DNA of 64,000 nt from Candidatus Cloacimonadales bacterium (GCA_963662275.1 OY759316.1:3360001-3424000), one strand, 5' to 3'; shown: positions 29,864 through 40,269, counted from the stretch's first letter. The notes: a model not told the origin generated them from the sequence alone. Numbers and translations are program-made.

Positions 29864-31417
29864 TTACACCGGGATATTCCCATGTTTTTTTGGAGGAAGG
29901 CTCTCGCTCTTCGTGGAAAGGATTTCCAAAGCATCAATCAGTCGAATACGTGTCTCTGCTGGTCTGATGATGGCGTCCACGTACCCGCGTTGCGCAGCCA
30001 TGTATGGATTGGAGAACAGCTCTTCATATTCGTGAATCTTCTCTGCGCGTTTTGCATTCTTATCTTCTGCTTCATTGATTTCTTTTCTGTAAATAATGTT
30101 GGCAGCACCCTGTGCTCCCATTACTGCAATTTCTGATGAAGGCCAGGCAAAGACCATGTCAGCACCGAGATGTCTAGAACTCATGGCTATATAAGAACCG
30201 CCGTAGTCCTTGCGGGTAACAACTGTCAGTTTCGGCACAGTGGCTTCGGAATAACACCAGAGCAGCTTGGCACCGTGACGTATGATCCCGCCCCATTCCT
30301 GGTGAGTGCCGGGTAAGTAACCTGGAACATCGACCAGAGTTAATAATGGAATATTGAAGGCATCGCAGAAACGGATGAAGCGAGTGGCTTTATCTGATGC
30401 ATCGATATCGAGACAACCGGCTAATACAAGAGGCTGGTCTGCAACAATGCCAATCACTCTGCCATTTAACCTGCCGAAACCAACGATGATATTTTGCGCA
30501 TAATAATAGTGAGGTTCAAAGAAAGTACCGTTATCCACGATGGAATGAATCACATCACGCATATCATAACCCATGCGTGCAGTGTCAGGAATGATTGTAT
30601 CCAGTTCAGGACATATGCGGCTGCGTGAATCAGTTGGTTCAATGCGAGGTGGATCTTCCATGTTGTTGCTGGGCAAATAGGAAAGCAGGATTTTCATCTG
30701 TTCGATGGCATCTTCATCACTTTCACAGGCAAAATGAGCATTTCCGCTTTTACTGTTGTGAGCCATAGCACCACCGAGGTCTTCCTGGGTTGTCTCTTCC
30801 CCTGTGACTGCACGAATGACATCCGGTCCTGTGATGAACATGAAACTGGTATTCTTAACCATAAAGACGAAGTCCGTCATGGCAGGAGAATACACGGCAC
30901 CGCCGGCGCATGGTCCCATAATGGCAGAAAGCTGTGGAATCACACCTGATGACCTGGAATTACGGAAGAAGATATCGCCATAACCTTTGAGGGCATCCAC
31001 ACCTTCCTGGATTCTTGCACCACCGGAATCATTGATACCGATACATGGTACACCGGAACGCAGAGCCATATCCATGACTTTGCAGATCTTAGCTGCATGC
31101 ATTTCACCGAGTGAACCGGCTCTAGCTGTGAAGTCCTGGGCAAAAGCAAAGACGGGACGCCCATTCACCAGACCATGTCCTGTGACAACACCGTCAGATG
31201 GGATCACCACTTTTTCCATACCGAAATTCACACAATGATGCTGAACAAACATATCGATTTCACGGAATGTACCTGCATCAAATAAGAGATCAAGGCGTTC
31301 ACGGGCTGTCAGTTTGCCGGTTTCCTTCTGCTTGGCAACCGCGGCAGCACCACCCATTTCACGAATCTTAGCTTCTTTTTCAGCTAATTTTTTGATTGCT
31401 TCCAATGTCGAAGACAT
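29864..31417 (-). CDS. Acyl-CoA carboxyltransferase (methylmalonyl-CoA carboxytransferase 12S / propionyl-CoA carboxylase beta)
   Basis: GKLTARERL, DSGGARIQEG, GPCAGGAVYSPA, DVPGYLPG, KKHGNIP. Confidence 0.95.
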   Translation of the reverse strand: MSSTLEAIKKLAEKEAKIREMGGAAAVAKQKETGKLTARERLDLLFDAGTFREIDMFVQHHCVNFGMEKVVIPSDGVVTGHGLVNGRPVFAFAQDFTARAGSLGEMHAAKICKVMDMALRSGVPCIGINDSGGARIQEGVDALKGYGDIFFRNSRSSGVIPQLSAIMGPCAGGAVYSPAMTDFVFMVKNTSFMFITGPDVIRAVTGEETTQEDLGGAMAHNSKSGNAHFACESDEDAIEQMKILLSYLPSNNMEDPPRIEPTDSRSRICPELDTIIPDTARMGYDMRDVIHSIVDNGTFFEPHYYYAQNIIVGFGRLNGRVIGIVADQPLVLAGCLDIDASDKATRFIRFCDAFNIPLLTLVDVPGYLPGTHQEWGGIIRHGAKLLWCYSEATVPKLTVVTRKDYGGSYIAMSSRHLGADMVFAWPSSEIAVMGAQGAANIIYRKEINEAEDKNAKRAEKIHEYEELFSNPYMAAQRGYVDAIIRPAETRIRLIDALEILSTKSESLPPKKHGNIPV

Positions 31418-31914
31418 GGCATCTCCTCATTCTATTTAATTTTGTTTTGCTATTATGATTGTGGGGAAACCAGATTTCATGCTCATTCTTCCCCAGAGTA
31501 ATGAATATCTCACTTTTTATATCTCAATATTTTAAGGCAAGTTTTTTGTGTCTGATTCCCCTCCCATTTGTAAAGGGAGGGGTTAGGGGAGAGCTAGTTC
31601 TGTTTCATTCCTCTCTTTGGATATAGAAAATTGAAAGGTTACTGAGCGTAGTCGAAGTATTAGTGTCGGAGAGTTTGAGAGAATGTAATTGTAATAGTAC
31701 TTATACATTCGGATATCTTCTATTTTACGAAATAATGCTCATGATATTAGATCATAAATTACATATTGTAGAAGAGCAGAGAATCAAACTCTCCCTTATT
31801 CCCTCCCTTTATCCAAAGGGAGGGAGATCAGAAGGACAGCATCAGATTCCTGAAGTAAACTTTACCATTCCTAAAGAAATAACTACCATCGGCAATTCAT
31901 CTTACAAAGTCTTG

Positions 31915-32373
31915 TTAAATCTCATGATTCAGCATACTCGCCTCCGGTATATTAAATAGCATTCCGCTTTTCATCGCTTCCACAATACTTCTTATCGGAT
32001 ACTCATGTTTCAATATATCTTCCCTGGTAATTGTCAGCAGTGCTATTTCCGGGGATTGCTTTTCCAGAGCCCACATCATCCTGGTGAATATGGAGTAGGC
32101 ACTCATGGGAATTTTATGAGGGTCATGCTTCAATCCGCGATACATGAGGGTATAGGTTGCCAGGTCAGATTTGTATTCCGGGGACAGCGATTCATAGAGA
32201 TGATGCAGATTTGAGCTGATAGCTCCGAAATTACGATTTTCAGGGTAGATTTTTCGTTTGGGTAAATGCTTGGCAATGGTCAATTCGCCATCATTGTACT
32301 GACAATAGACAAGATCTTCCGAGCGATCAATGCCCTTGAAAGTCTTGACGTTGTGTTTGAATTTAGGTATCAT
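31915..32373 (-). CDS. Hypothetical protein, 152 aa
   Basis: GAGG RBS, intact ORF, directly downstream of 11-bp-phased element copy B. Confidence 0.7.
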   Translation of the reverse strand: MIPKFKHNVKTFKGIDRSEDLVYCQYNDGELTIAKHLPKRKIYPENRNFGAISSNLHHLYESLSPEYKSDLATYTLMYRGLKHDPHKIPMSAYSIFTRMMWALEKQSPEIALLTITREDILKHEYPIRSIVEAMKSGMLFNIPEASMLNHEI

Positions 32374-32409
32374 TTTAACTCCTCTATCATTTCACTTTTA
32401 AAAGAACCA

Positions 32410-32705
32410 GAGCATCACCGCAACACCACCGCAGGATTACCGCAGCAGAACCGCTCCTTCCTGCGGTTGTGTTTTGGTTCTGATGAGATTGTGATCTTCT
32501 GCTCCATTCCTTATATTCTTTGTTGGTATTAAGGGACGTAAATGTGCACCATATTTGCATTCTTTCCACTATTCTCATAAATCTTCACTCCTAACTCTTC
32601 AATCTTAAATTCTGCTCTGAACCTGTTACCTGTTACCTGTCCGCTGTAAACTTCCTTACATATATATATAGGGGGGAGCATTTTACCCAAAACGAGGGAG
32701 TATTT
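32410..32705 (-). repeat. Dispersed element copy B (11-bp-phased GCGGT cores)
   Basis: NACCGC at 32416, 32427, 32438, 32449; 53/58 nt identical to 48175-48232 in reverse. Confidence 0.75.
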
Positions 32706-33007
32706 GGATTTATTTTTGAAATTTAAAAAATAAACTAATATTCCCCCTTGATGAGGGGGAATACAAGGAGGTCAACTGCTGATCTACGACTGCTCTTCTA
32801 CTTCGAACTTCGCACTTCGTCCTTCGAACTTCGAAAGGGGGAGTATTTGAAAATAGTTGGGAAAAAACGAAAAAAGTTACATTAATAAATGAAAGTCTCA
32901 GAGAAATGAAACCTAAGCTCTGGAGTTCAAATGCCCAAAATCTTCGGAAGCGAAGGGGCGAAAGGAATTCGCCCCGCACGCCGATAACAAATCGGCGTTC
33001 CTAACAA

Positions 33008-33373
33008 TTATCTGGTGCAACCTTCTTCATGCGTATGATTGCAGGGAGTAAATTGGGATACTAACTTGTCATTCAGCCAAAGGTTCACAACTTCGGTAAT
33101 AGGCAGTTCCGGAACACCGGCGATCAGCGTAATGCCATTGGCAGCTACGAAATCAATTGCTTTCTGACCAATACCGCCGGCAATCATGAGAGTCACACCC
33201 AATGATTTCAGCCATGGTGGTACTGCTTCATGTCCACCCATGGATGGTGCGATTAGTTCTATCGTATTAACTTCTTTGGTTTCCTGGTATAGATCGATGA
33301 TTGCAAAGAAAGGGGCATGTCCAAAGTGAGGACAAAGTGTCTTGTTTTCATTTGCTGGTATTGCTATTTTCAT
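33008..33373 (-). CDS. NifB/NifX-family (FeMo-cofactor-binding domain) protein
   Basis: MKIAIP...HFGHAPFF...MIAGGIGQKA; start reassigned to ATG 33373. Confidence 0.88.
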   Translation of the reverse strand: MKIAIPANENKTLCPHFGHAPFFAIIDLYQETKEVNTIELIAPSMGGHEAVPPWLKSLGVTLMIAGGIGQKAIDFVAANGITLIAGVPELPITEVVNLWLNDKLVSQFTPCNHTHEEGCTR

Positions 33374-33824
33374 TTTTTCTCCTTTTATGACATTTATTGC
33401 ATTGATTACAGTGATTGTAGTAACATTCATTGATTGGCGATATAAGGTTTGACAGGCATTTTGGGCAGGAAGTGATATCTTCGCTTGAAGAGTCGGAGTG
33501 GTAATTACATTTGGGACAATGATACCTCTGTTGCTGAAGCTGGACATTCCCACCTTCGATCACAAGAGAACAGCCTTCCACCAAAGCCGTTGCGAATTTG
33601 ATCCGCGCTTTTTCATAAATACGAGTGAGAGTAGGTCTGGATATCTGCATACGTTGGGAAGCTTCATCCTGTCCGAGATGAAGATAATCCAACAGGCGAA
33701 TGACTTCAAATTCGTCCAATGATAAGGATATCTGCTGCTTGTTATCCGCGCACATCCCAAAAGGATGAAAGCCTTTGATCATAGGCACGAATTCAACGAG
33801 TCTGTTGATACAGTTTCTACCCAT
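33348..33824 (-). CDS. DUF134-family HTH protein with C-terminal Cys-rich (Zn-ribbon-like) tail
   Basis: DEFEVIRLLDY...QDEASQRMQISRPTLTRI...ARIKFATALVEG; CPKC x2. Confidence 0.88.
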   Translation of the reverse strand: MGRNCINRLVEFVPMIKGFHPFGMCADNKQQISLSLDEFEVIRLLDYLHLGQDEASQRMQISRPTLTRIYEKARIKFATALVEGCSLVIEGGNVQLQQQRYHCPKCNYHSDSSSEDITSCPKCLSNLISPINECYYNHCNQCNKCHKRRKNENSNTSK

Positions 33825-33837
33825 ATACACTCCCTTA

Positions 33838-33857
33838 TTATGAACATATGTTCATAA
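33838..33857. promoter_or_regulatory. Perfect 20-bp palindrome, probable DUF134 operator
   Basis: TTATGAACAT-ATGTTCATAA between RBS and a minus-strand TTGACA (33876-33881). Confidence 0.7.
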
Positions 33858-33998
33858 AATAGAATACTTGGCAGATGTCAATTTGTTTTTCATATGATGT
33901 TGGAAGCATACTCTTAAAAACAATCCTTGACACAAATAAAAAACCCATAAGTTTAAGCAATTCATTTAAAATGTTTTCATTCATGGAAGGAGAGCTAA

Positions 33999-35102
33999 AT
34001 GGCAAAAGTGCTTGTGCAGAACCTCAATAAGAAGTATGATAACGGTTTTCATGCAGTTAAAGATGTCAATTTCATTGCAGAAGACAAAGAATTTGTGGTA
34101 CTTGTAGGACCCTCAGGCTGTGGAAAAACGACAACTCTCAGACTCATCGCTGGCTTAGAAGATATCACAACCGGTGACATCTTTATCGGTGATAGGAAAG
34201 TCAATGATGTACCGCCAAAAGATCGTGATATTGCTATGGTCTTCCAGAATTATGCTCTTTATCCTCACATGACTGTTTATAATAATATGGCTTTTGCCTT
34301 GAAATTACGTAAGATGCCCAAAAAAGAGATAGATGAAAAAGTTCAATATGCAGCCAAAATGCTCGGTATTGAATCCATGCTGGATCGTAAGCCGAAACAG
34401 CTTTCCGGTGGACAGAGACAGCGTGTTGCCCTGGGACGTGCCATTGTGCGTAATCCCAAGGTTTTCCTTTTTGATGAACCTCTTTCCAATCTTGATGCCA
34501 AGCTCAGAGTCGCCATGCGTGCTGAGATCGTCAAACTCCATCATCAGCTTGATACAACCATGATTTATGTGACCCATGACCAGGTGGAAGCGATGACCAT
34601 GGCAGACCGTATTGTTGTCATGAAAGATGGTATCCTGCACCAGAACGATACGCCTCTCAATGTTTACAATAATCCGGTAAACCTATTTGTTGCCGGTTTT
34701 ATCGGAAGCCCATCCATCAATACATTCAATGGTAAATTGATTAAAAAAGAAGATGGTATTTATTTTGATGAAGACAGTTTCCAAGTGAAGCTGACACCTG
34801 AACAGACTGTCAAAATAGACAAGTATGTTGGTAAGCCTGTTGTCATGGGTATTCGTCCTGAAGATATTTATGATGCGACCTATTCATCCATGGCTGAGGC
34901 ACCGCAGAATATTACAGCTCTTTGTGATCTTGTTGAACCTATGGGAAATGAATTTATTGTTTTCCTAACGACCCCGAAATCAAAAATCACAGCCCGTTTC
35001 GATCCAAAGAAATTACCTAAAATAAATACAAATCTCGAGATTACTTTCGATATGAAGAAAGCGCATTTCTTTGATTCAGAAACTGAGGTTTGCGTTTTAT
35101 AA
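33999..35102 (+). CDS. Carbohydrate ABC transporter ATPase (MalK/MsmX/UgpC family)
   Basis: [44 protein letters not shown] tail. Confidence 0.95.
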   Translation: MAKVLVQNLNKKYDNGFHAVKDVNFIAEDKEFVVLVGPSGCGKTTTLRLIAGLEDITTGDIFIGDRKVNDVPPKDRDIAMVFQNYALYPHMTVYNNMAFALKLRKMPKKEIDEKVQYAAKMLGIESMLDRKPKQLSGGQRQRVALGRAIVRNPKVFLFDEPLSNLDAKLRVAMRAEIVKLHHQLDTTMIYVTHDQVEAMTMADRIVVMKDGILHQNDTPLNVYNNPVNLFVAGFIGSPSINTFNGKLIKKEDGIYFDEDSFQVKLTPEQTVKIDKYVGKPVVMGIRPEDIYDATYSSMAEAPQNITALCDLVEPMGNEFIVFLTTPKSKITARFDPKKLPKINTNLEITFDMKKAHFFDSETEVCVL

Positions 35103-35157
35103 AAGTAAATAGTTAAAAGTACTTTGGGAGGGTATCATTCACAGATTATGGGTCTGT

Positions 35158-35910
35158 TTGCTTGCTGTTGTATCGACGTTGGGAGCAATTGATCTCAACT
35201 TGCCTTCCGATGCTTCAGCTCTTTCTGCAGCTAATATTACCATTATGAATGATAACCCTTCCACTTTTTTTTCTCTACCTTCTGAAGGTACAACAGGATA
35301 CGAATCTGCTATCACCTATCTCTATTCTGATGCTGATTTACCTCTTTATTCTTTATTTTTTGGACATCCTCTTATGGGAGGAATTGCAGAAGTTGGGAGC
35401 CAGGTACTGGCTCATCCTCTTTACAATGAGAGTCATATTCTAATCAATTATCACATGAATTGGAATGTATTTAATTTTGGCATAAATGAACGGTTTCTTG
35501 ACGCTTCTGTAAAAAACGGTACTCATTCCTCCTCTTTTATAACAGATTGCGGATTGGGATTAAAAGTATCTGATTTTCAAACTTCCATGAGTATACATAA
35601 TATATTTCAAGCTGATTACCAGGATATCCCATTATCTCAACTTTATGTAACTGAAATGATGTATCGTCCTATGGAAAGTACTTCCATTGCACTGGGATGC
35701 GAGAAACAGCAAGGTTATGGTGCAAGCTTTCAACTATCTACTAAATACAAAGTTTCTCCTGCTTTCCAGTTCATTGCAGGTTATCAGTACAATCCGGACA
35801 GATTCAGCGGAGGTCTTGAATTCACTGTGAGACACTGGCAACTGTGCTATGCATTACAAACACATCCTGATTTGGATTTGACCCATGGGATTTCACTTAT
35901 GTATAAATAA
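35158..35910 (+). CDS. Putative outer-membrane beta-barrel protein, start uncertain
   Basis: Alternating beta-strand pattern, C-terminal YALQTHPDLDLTHGISLMYK. Confidence 0.55.
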   Translation: MLAVVSTLGAIDLNLPSDASALSAANITIMNDNPSTFFSLPSEGTTGYESAITYLYSDADLPLYSLFFGHPLMGGIAEVGSQVLAHPLYNESHILINYHMNWNVFNFGINERFLDASVKNGTHSSSFITDCGLGLKVSDFQTSMSIHNIFQADYQDIPLSQLYVTEMMYRPMESTSIALGCEKQQGYGASFQLSTKYKVSPAFQFIAGYQYNPDRFSGGLEFTVRHWQLCYALQTHPDLDLTHGISLMYK

Positions 35911-38083
35911 CGTAAAGCAAGACGCCGTTCTTGCTGAAAACGTGACTACATGCGTAAAGCAAGACGCCGTTCTTGCTGAAAACGTGACTACATGCGTAAA
36001 GCAAGACGCTGTTCTTGCTGAAAACGAGACAACATGCGTAAAGCAAGACGCCGTTATTGCTGAAAACGAGACAACATGCGTAAAGCAAGACACCGTTCTT
36101 GCTGAAAATGAGACAACATGCGTAAAGCAAGACACCGTTCTTGCTGAAAACGAGACTACATGCGTAAAGCAAGACGCTGTTCTTGCTGAAAACGAGACTA
36201 CATGCGTAAAGCAAGACGCCGTTCTTGCTGAAAACGAGACAACATGCGTAAAGCAAGACGCCGTTCTTGCTGAAAACGAGACAACATGCGTAAAGCAAGA
36301 CACCGTTCTTGCTGAAAACGAGACAACATGCGTAAAGCAAGACGCCGTTCTTGCTGAAAACGAGACTACATGCGTAAAGCAAGACGCCGTTCTTGCTGAA
36401 AACGAGACTCTATGTGTGGAGCAGGATTCCAATCCTGCTGGACAAGAGACTACAGTTTCAGTAGGATTGGAATCCTACTCCACACAGATAGCAAGAACGG
36501 CGTCTTGCTTTACAATTCTGATCGGTTTTATTTTTCTCTTCATTTTTACCATGAATTTATCCGCCCAAGACATTGATCTGCCTCCCATCATTTCAGAAAC
36601 AGATACACTCGATCTATCCTACTGGACACAACAGCAGGAAATGGAGGTCTCCTGGGTATCCTGGCTGAATAATGGACGAGATAGATCAATTAAGCCCTCG
36701 ATTCATAATAGAACATCTGCAGGTTGGGCAGAAGAAAAGAGAGATGTTACCTTCTCACAAATCACTACTATGAGTTATGATCATTTGAACACTGGATTAA
36801 ATACGAACATACCCTATGAAAGAAAACTTGAGGAGAATAGCTGGTCTTTTTTTTGTCAAATGAAGAATACGGGATATTGTCGTGACCTGGTTATAGGAGA
36901 TTACCGGATTCGCTGGGGACAAGGTCTGCTTGTCGGGCAGCAGAACCAAAATAGTAATCTTTTCCTTGTTCCACGTAATCAGCTCACAAGGGGAAGTTTC
37001 ATACGGGGAACAGCACTTCAAGCACAAGTTAATATCATGAATTTTCTGGTTATGATGGGCAATAATCCGATGTATGCTAATTTTGAAGACAACCATTTGA
37101 AAAGAATATACAGTACTTCCATAAATCCTGGTTGTAGGTATATATCATCTGGAAATAAAATAAATGGATTTGCACTTCATCTTGGGTCTGCTCACGCTTC
37201 TATGGGCTTTTTGTTAATGAACCTGGCTTTCCAGGATAATTTTACTGATTCTTTATATCAAAGGAAGAACCAGCTAGGCAGTGCAACGTATTCAATTCAA
37301 ACTGGCAGTCTTTCCTTCCAAGGTGAGTATGCTTCCTCCAATCAGTTGGATGCTATGATTCAATCGATCCAATGGGGCAGCAAAGGCTTTCGGCAACAAA
37401 TCGAATATTATCAATCTGATGCATATTTCCCTTCATGGTTACAGGGAAATAGTCTCCATATGCCGAATACATACTGTTCAAATGTAATTCAGTATCAAGT
37501 TTCCAATAACTTAAGTGCAAACTTAGATATGAATGCATCCTTTTTCTATGAAAAGAGAGATGTATTCGGGACAAATAATATCTCAAAGCAAAACTTGAAG
37601 CTTCGCTATCATAATGAAATAAATAATTTACTCATCTCCATTCAAAATCGCTTGCAGCCTTCTTCACAAGCAAACGATTCCACTCTTGTTCATGACACAT
37701 TACCCTTGGATATCATTCAGCTGCAATGGGAACGAAAACTAAATCCTCAATGGTCAATAGGTTTCACGATCCAGGATAAGTACTATCAGACCAATTCCGG
37801 TATCCGAAAACATGGTTTCTATCTCGTGAACAGCTTTGGATGGAATCCAAATTATGTAAAAATACAATTCCAGGTCACAATGCTGCAAACGAAATCATCT
37901 GTCTTTATTCCTGATGATGATGTTGGCATTAATGCCGAACAACAATGGCAGATGGGAGATGATCTATCCTATAGACTTTATATGCAATTCCTGAAACGAA
38001 TACCCTTAAAACTCATTTATAAAGGCTCATTCTGGAAAGGAGGAATGGAACAGGTGTTTGCGGAAATGGAAATAACTTTTTGA
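35885..38083 (+). CDS. Putative outer-membrane protein; 5' part occupied by in-frame REP array
   Basis: Hydrophobic ILIGFIFLFIFTMNLSAQ after array; IGDYRIRWGQGL motif; C-terminal Phe. Confidence 0.6.
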   Translation: MGFHLCINNVKQDAVLAENVTTCVKQDAVLAENVTTCVKQDAVLAENETTCVKQDAVIAENETTCVKQDTVLAENETTCVKQDTVLAENETTCVKQDAVLAENETTCVKQDAVLAENETTCVKQDAVLAENETTCVKQDTVLAENETTCVKQDAVLAENETTCVKQDAVLAENETLCVEQDSNPAGQETTVSVGLESYSTQIARTASCFTILIGFIFLFIFTMNLSAQDIDLPPIISETDTLDLSYWTQQQEMEVSWVSWLNNGRDRSIKPSIHNRTSAGWAEEKRDVTFSQITTMSYDHLNTGLNTNIPYERKLEENSWSFFCQMKNTGYCRDLVIGDYRIRWGQGLLVGQQNQNSNLFLVPRNQLTRGSFIRGTALQAQVNIMNFLVMMGNNPMYANFEDNHLKRIYSTSINPGCRYISSGNKINGFALHLGSAHASMGFLLMNLAFQDNFTDSLYQRKNQLGSATYSIQTGSLSFQGEYASSNQLDAMIQSIQWGSKGFRQQIEYYQSDAYFPSWLQGNSLHMPNTYCSNVIQYQVSNNLSANLDMNASFFYEKRDVFGTNNISKQNLKLRYHNEINNLLISIQNRLQPSSQANDSTLVHDTLPLDIIQLQWERKLNPQWSIGFTIQDKYYQTNSGIRKHGFYLVNSFGWNPNYVKIQFQVTMLQTKSSVFIPDDDVGINAEQQWQMGDDLSYRLYMQFLKRIPLKLIYKGSFWKGGMEQVFAEMEITF
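35911..36513. repeat. BIME-like array: 12 x 42-bp units each with a GTRRAG REP, then one direct and two inverted units
   Basis: CGTAAAGCAAGACGCCGTTCTTGCTGAAAACGWGACWACATG x12 (35911-36414); units at 36416 (+), 36460 (-), 36490 (-). Confidence 0.93.
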
Positions 38084-38120
38084 CCCCCCTACCCCCCTTG
38101 GGAAGGGGGGTAAGGGGGTC
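38082..38120. repeat. C/G-run palindrome (same family as 8669)
   Basis: GACCCCCCTACCCCCCTT-GGG-AAGGGGGGTAAGGGGGTC. Confidence 0.75.
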
Positions 38121-38196
38121 TAATCATCTTCCAAGTTGACATGAAACATGATTATCCTAATTTCGTAATCTCGTTAAATTAGCAATAGAGGTGTGT

Positions 38197-39003
38197 ATGA
38201 ATAAATCTGTAAAACAGCTCCAAATGGAGTCAAAGATCCTTAAAAGATTAAGTGGGAAACCGAAACAAGTGGCGGAACTAATCTTTGGGAATGAAGAACT
38301 GCAATTGATGCAGGAATATGCCAATGTGGTTTCTATCAAAAGATTGGGATATAATGATCATGGTCCTGTGCACATGCGCAAAGCGACCTATAATAGCATC
38401 AAAATGTTTGAATTACTCCGGGACGCAGGTGTAAAATTCAATTTGGAAGTAGAAGAAAGCGGTTCTGTAGATGACAGTATGGTATGCGTCATTATGGGTT
38501 CGATGCTGCATGACATTGGCATGTCGATTACTCGTGAAAGTCATGAACTATTAAGTATTCAACTAGCTGAACCGTATATCAATGCTATCATGGAACAAAT
38601 CTATACAAAGGAAGAATTACAAACGAAGATCGCTGTACGTTCTACTGTTTTGGAAAGCATCTTTGGTCATATGGCAACTCATGCAATTCATTCTTTAGAA
38701 GCAGGTCTTGTGCTTATTGGTGATGGCTCTGACATGGAAAGAGGAAGAGCAAGAATACCTTCCCTGTTAAATCTAACTCCAAAGGTTGGAGATATTCATC
38801 GGTATTCATCTTCTGCCATCCTGAAAGTGAAGATATCCAAAGGGGATGAAAAGCCCATCCGTATTGAAGTCGTCATGAGTGCATCAGTAGGCTTCTTCCA
38901 GATTGAAGAAGTATTCTTTCCAAAGATCAAATCCAGTCCTGTCAGACCCTACATCGAATTATACGCTGGTGTGGAAGATCGGGAAGTCCTTCGTTATTTA
39001 TAA
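38197..39003 (+). CDS. HD-domain metal-dependent phosphohydrolase
   Basis: YNDHGPVH, MLHDIGM, GDGSDM...GRAR, DIHRYS. Confidence 0.88.
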   Translation: MNKSVKQLQMESKILKRLSGKPKQVAELIFGNEELQLMQEYANVVSIKRLGYNDHGPVHMRKATYNSIKMFELLRDAGVKFNLEVEESGSVDDSMVCVIMGSMLHDIGMSITRESHELLSIQLAEPYINAIMEQIYTKEELQTKIAVRSTVLESIFGHMATHAIHSLEAGLVLIGDGSDMERGRARIPSLLNLTPKVGDIHRYSSSAILKVKISKGDEKPIRIEVVMSASVGFFQIEEVFFPKIKSSPVRPYIELYAGVEDREVLRYL

Positions 39004-39008
39004 ATGAT

Positions 39009-40241
39009 ATGTTGAAAGAAAAAGCAAAGAAACTGGTCAATTTCCTTGGTTTGAAGCAAAGCTTAGTTGCTTTGCTAACAATGGTCATTTTTGTGGGACT
39101 TGGGGAGCGGATGGCAGAACGATTTCTGCCAATCTACATCCTAGCTCTCGTAGGAATGTCCGCAAAGGGTGATTGGATCATTGGTTTGCTAAATGGAACC
39201 ACTAATTTACTGAATGCACTTTATTCTTTTCCGGGTGGTTATTTATCTGATAAATTAGGTTACAAAAAAGCTTTGCTAGTCTTTAATCTCATTGCCATGT
39301 TTGGATATCTGATTGTTATTATATTTCCCTATTGGCAAGCTGTCATTATCGGGTCTGTATTCTTTCTCTCCTGGACTGCTATTTCCCTGCCTGCATCCAT
39401 GAGTCTGGTTTCCTCAAGCCTACCTAAAAATAAAAGAACGATGGGTGTCTCTATGCACTCTTTTGTTCGGAAGATTCCGATGGCAGTAGGTCCGATTATT
39501 GGTGGTGTCTTAATTCATTATTATGGAGAAAAGACAGGTGTAAGATTAGCCTTTTGTGTAGCTTTTATTATGGGGTTCGTATCAATCTTTGTTCAGCAGT
39601 ATTTTATCAAGGAAGATCCCGTTAAAAAGGCAGCAGAAAAGAATCCTTTTGCTTTATTCAAATATATGGATAAGAATCTGAAGAATCTCTTAATCTCTGA
39701 TATCCTGATTCGTTTTTGTGAACAGATACCTTATGCGTTCGTTGTGGTGTGGGTGATGAAGCTTCATAACATAACATCCGTTCAGTTTGGTGTGCTTACC
39801 GCAGTAGAAATGGTGACTTCCATGGCTATTTATATTCCTGTAGCTTATCTTGCTGATAAAAGTTCAAAAAAGCCGTATGTAGTAATTACATTCATAATTT
39901 TTACCTTATTCCCCCTCTTTTTAATTTATTGTAAAACATTCGTCTTTCTGATCTTTGCCTTTATTCTCAGGGGTCTGAAAGAATTTGGAGAACCCACACG
40001 AAAAGCCTTGATTATGGACTTAGCTCCTGAAGACAAGAAAGCCGGCATGTTTGGATTGTATTATCTGATTCGTGATATATTGGTGTCAGTTGCTGCCTTT
40101 GGTGGTGCCTGGTTTTGGATTATCAAACCCGAATTGAATTTCATTATCGCATTCCTTTTCGGAGTTGCCGGTACACTCTATTTCCAGATATTTGGTAAGG
40201 ACTTGACGTCTTTCAGACATTATGAAAATGAAATAACATAA
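39009..40241 (+). CDS. MFS transporter
   Basis: Multiple TM segments, GYLSDKLGYKK and YLADKSSKK motifs. Confidence 0.92.
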   Translation: MLKEKAKKLVNFLGLKQSLVALLTMVIFVGLGERMAERFLPIYILALVGMSAKGDWIIGLLNGTTNLLNALYSFPGGYLSDKLGYKKALLVFNLIAMFGYLIVIIFPYWQAVIIGSVFFLSWTAISLPASMSLVSSSLPKNKRTMGVSMHSFVRKIPMAVGPIIGGVLIHYYGEKTGVRLAFCVAFIMGFVSIFVQQYFIKEDPVKKAAEKNPFALFKYMDKNLKNLLISDILIRFCEQIPYAFVVVWVMKLHNITSVQFGVLTAVEMVTSMAIYIPVAYLADKSSKKPYVVITFIIFTLFPLFLIYCKTFVFLIFAFILRGLKEFGEPTRKALIMDLAPEDKKAGMFGLYYLIRDILVSVAAFGGAWFWIIKPELNFIIAFLFGVAGTLYFQIFGKDLTSFRHYENEIT

Positions 40242-40269
40242 TAAATCAGAAAATTGAGGAGGTTTCCAA

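Noticed and set aside
33999..35102. ABC ATPase without adjacent permeases
   Set aside because: Orphan MsmX-type ATPases serving several transporters are well known
35893..36432. Reverse-strand repeat ORFs, and the 42-bp array as a CRISPR
   Set aside because: Linkers are near-identical, with no unique spacers; open frames follow from the 42-bp period
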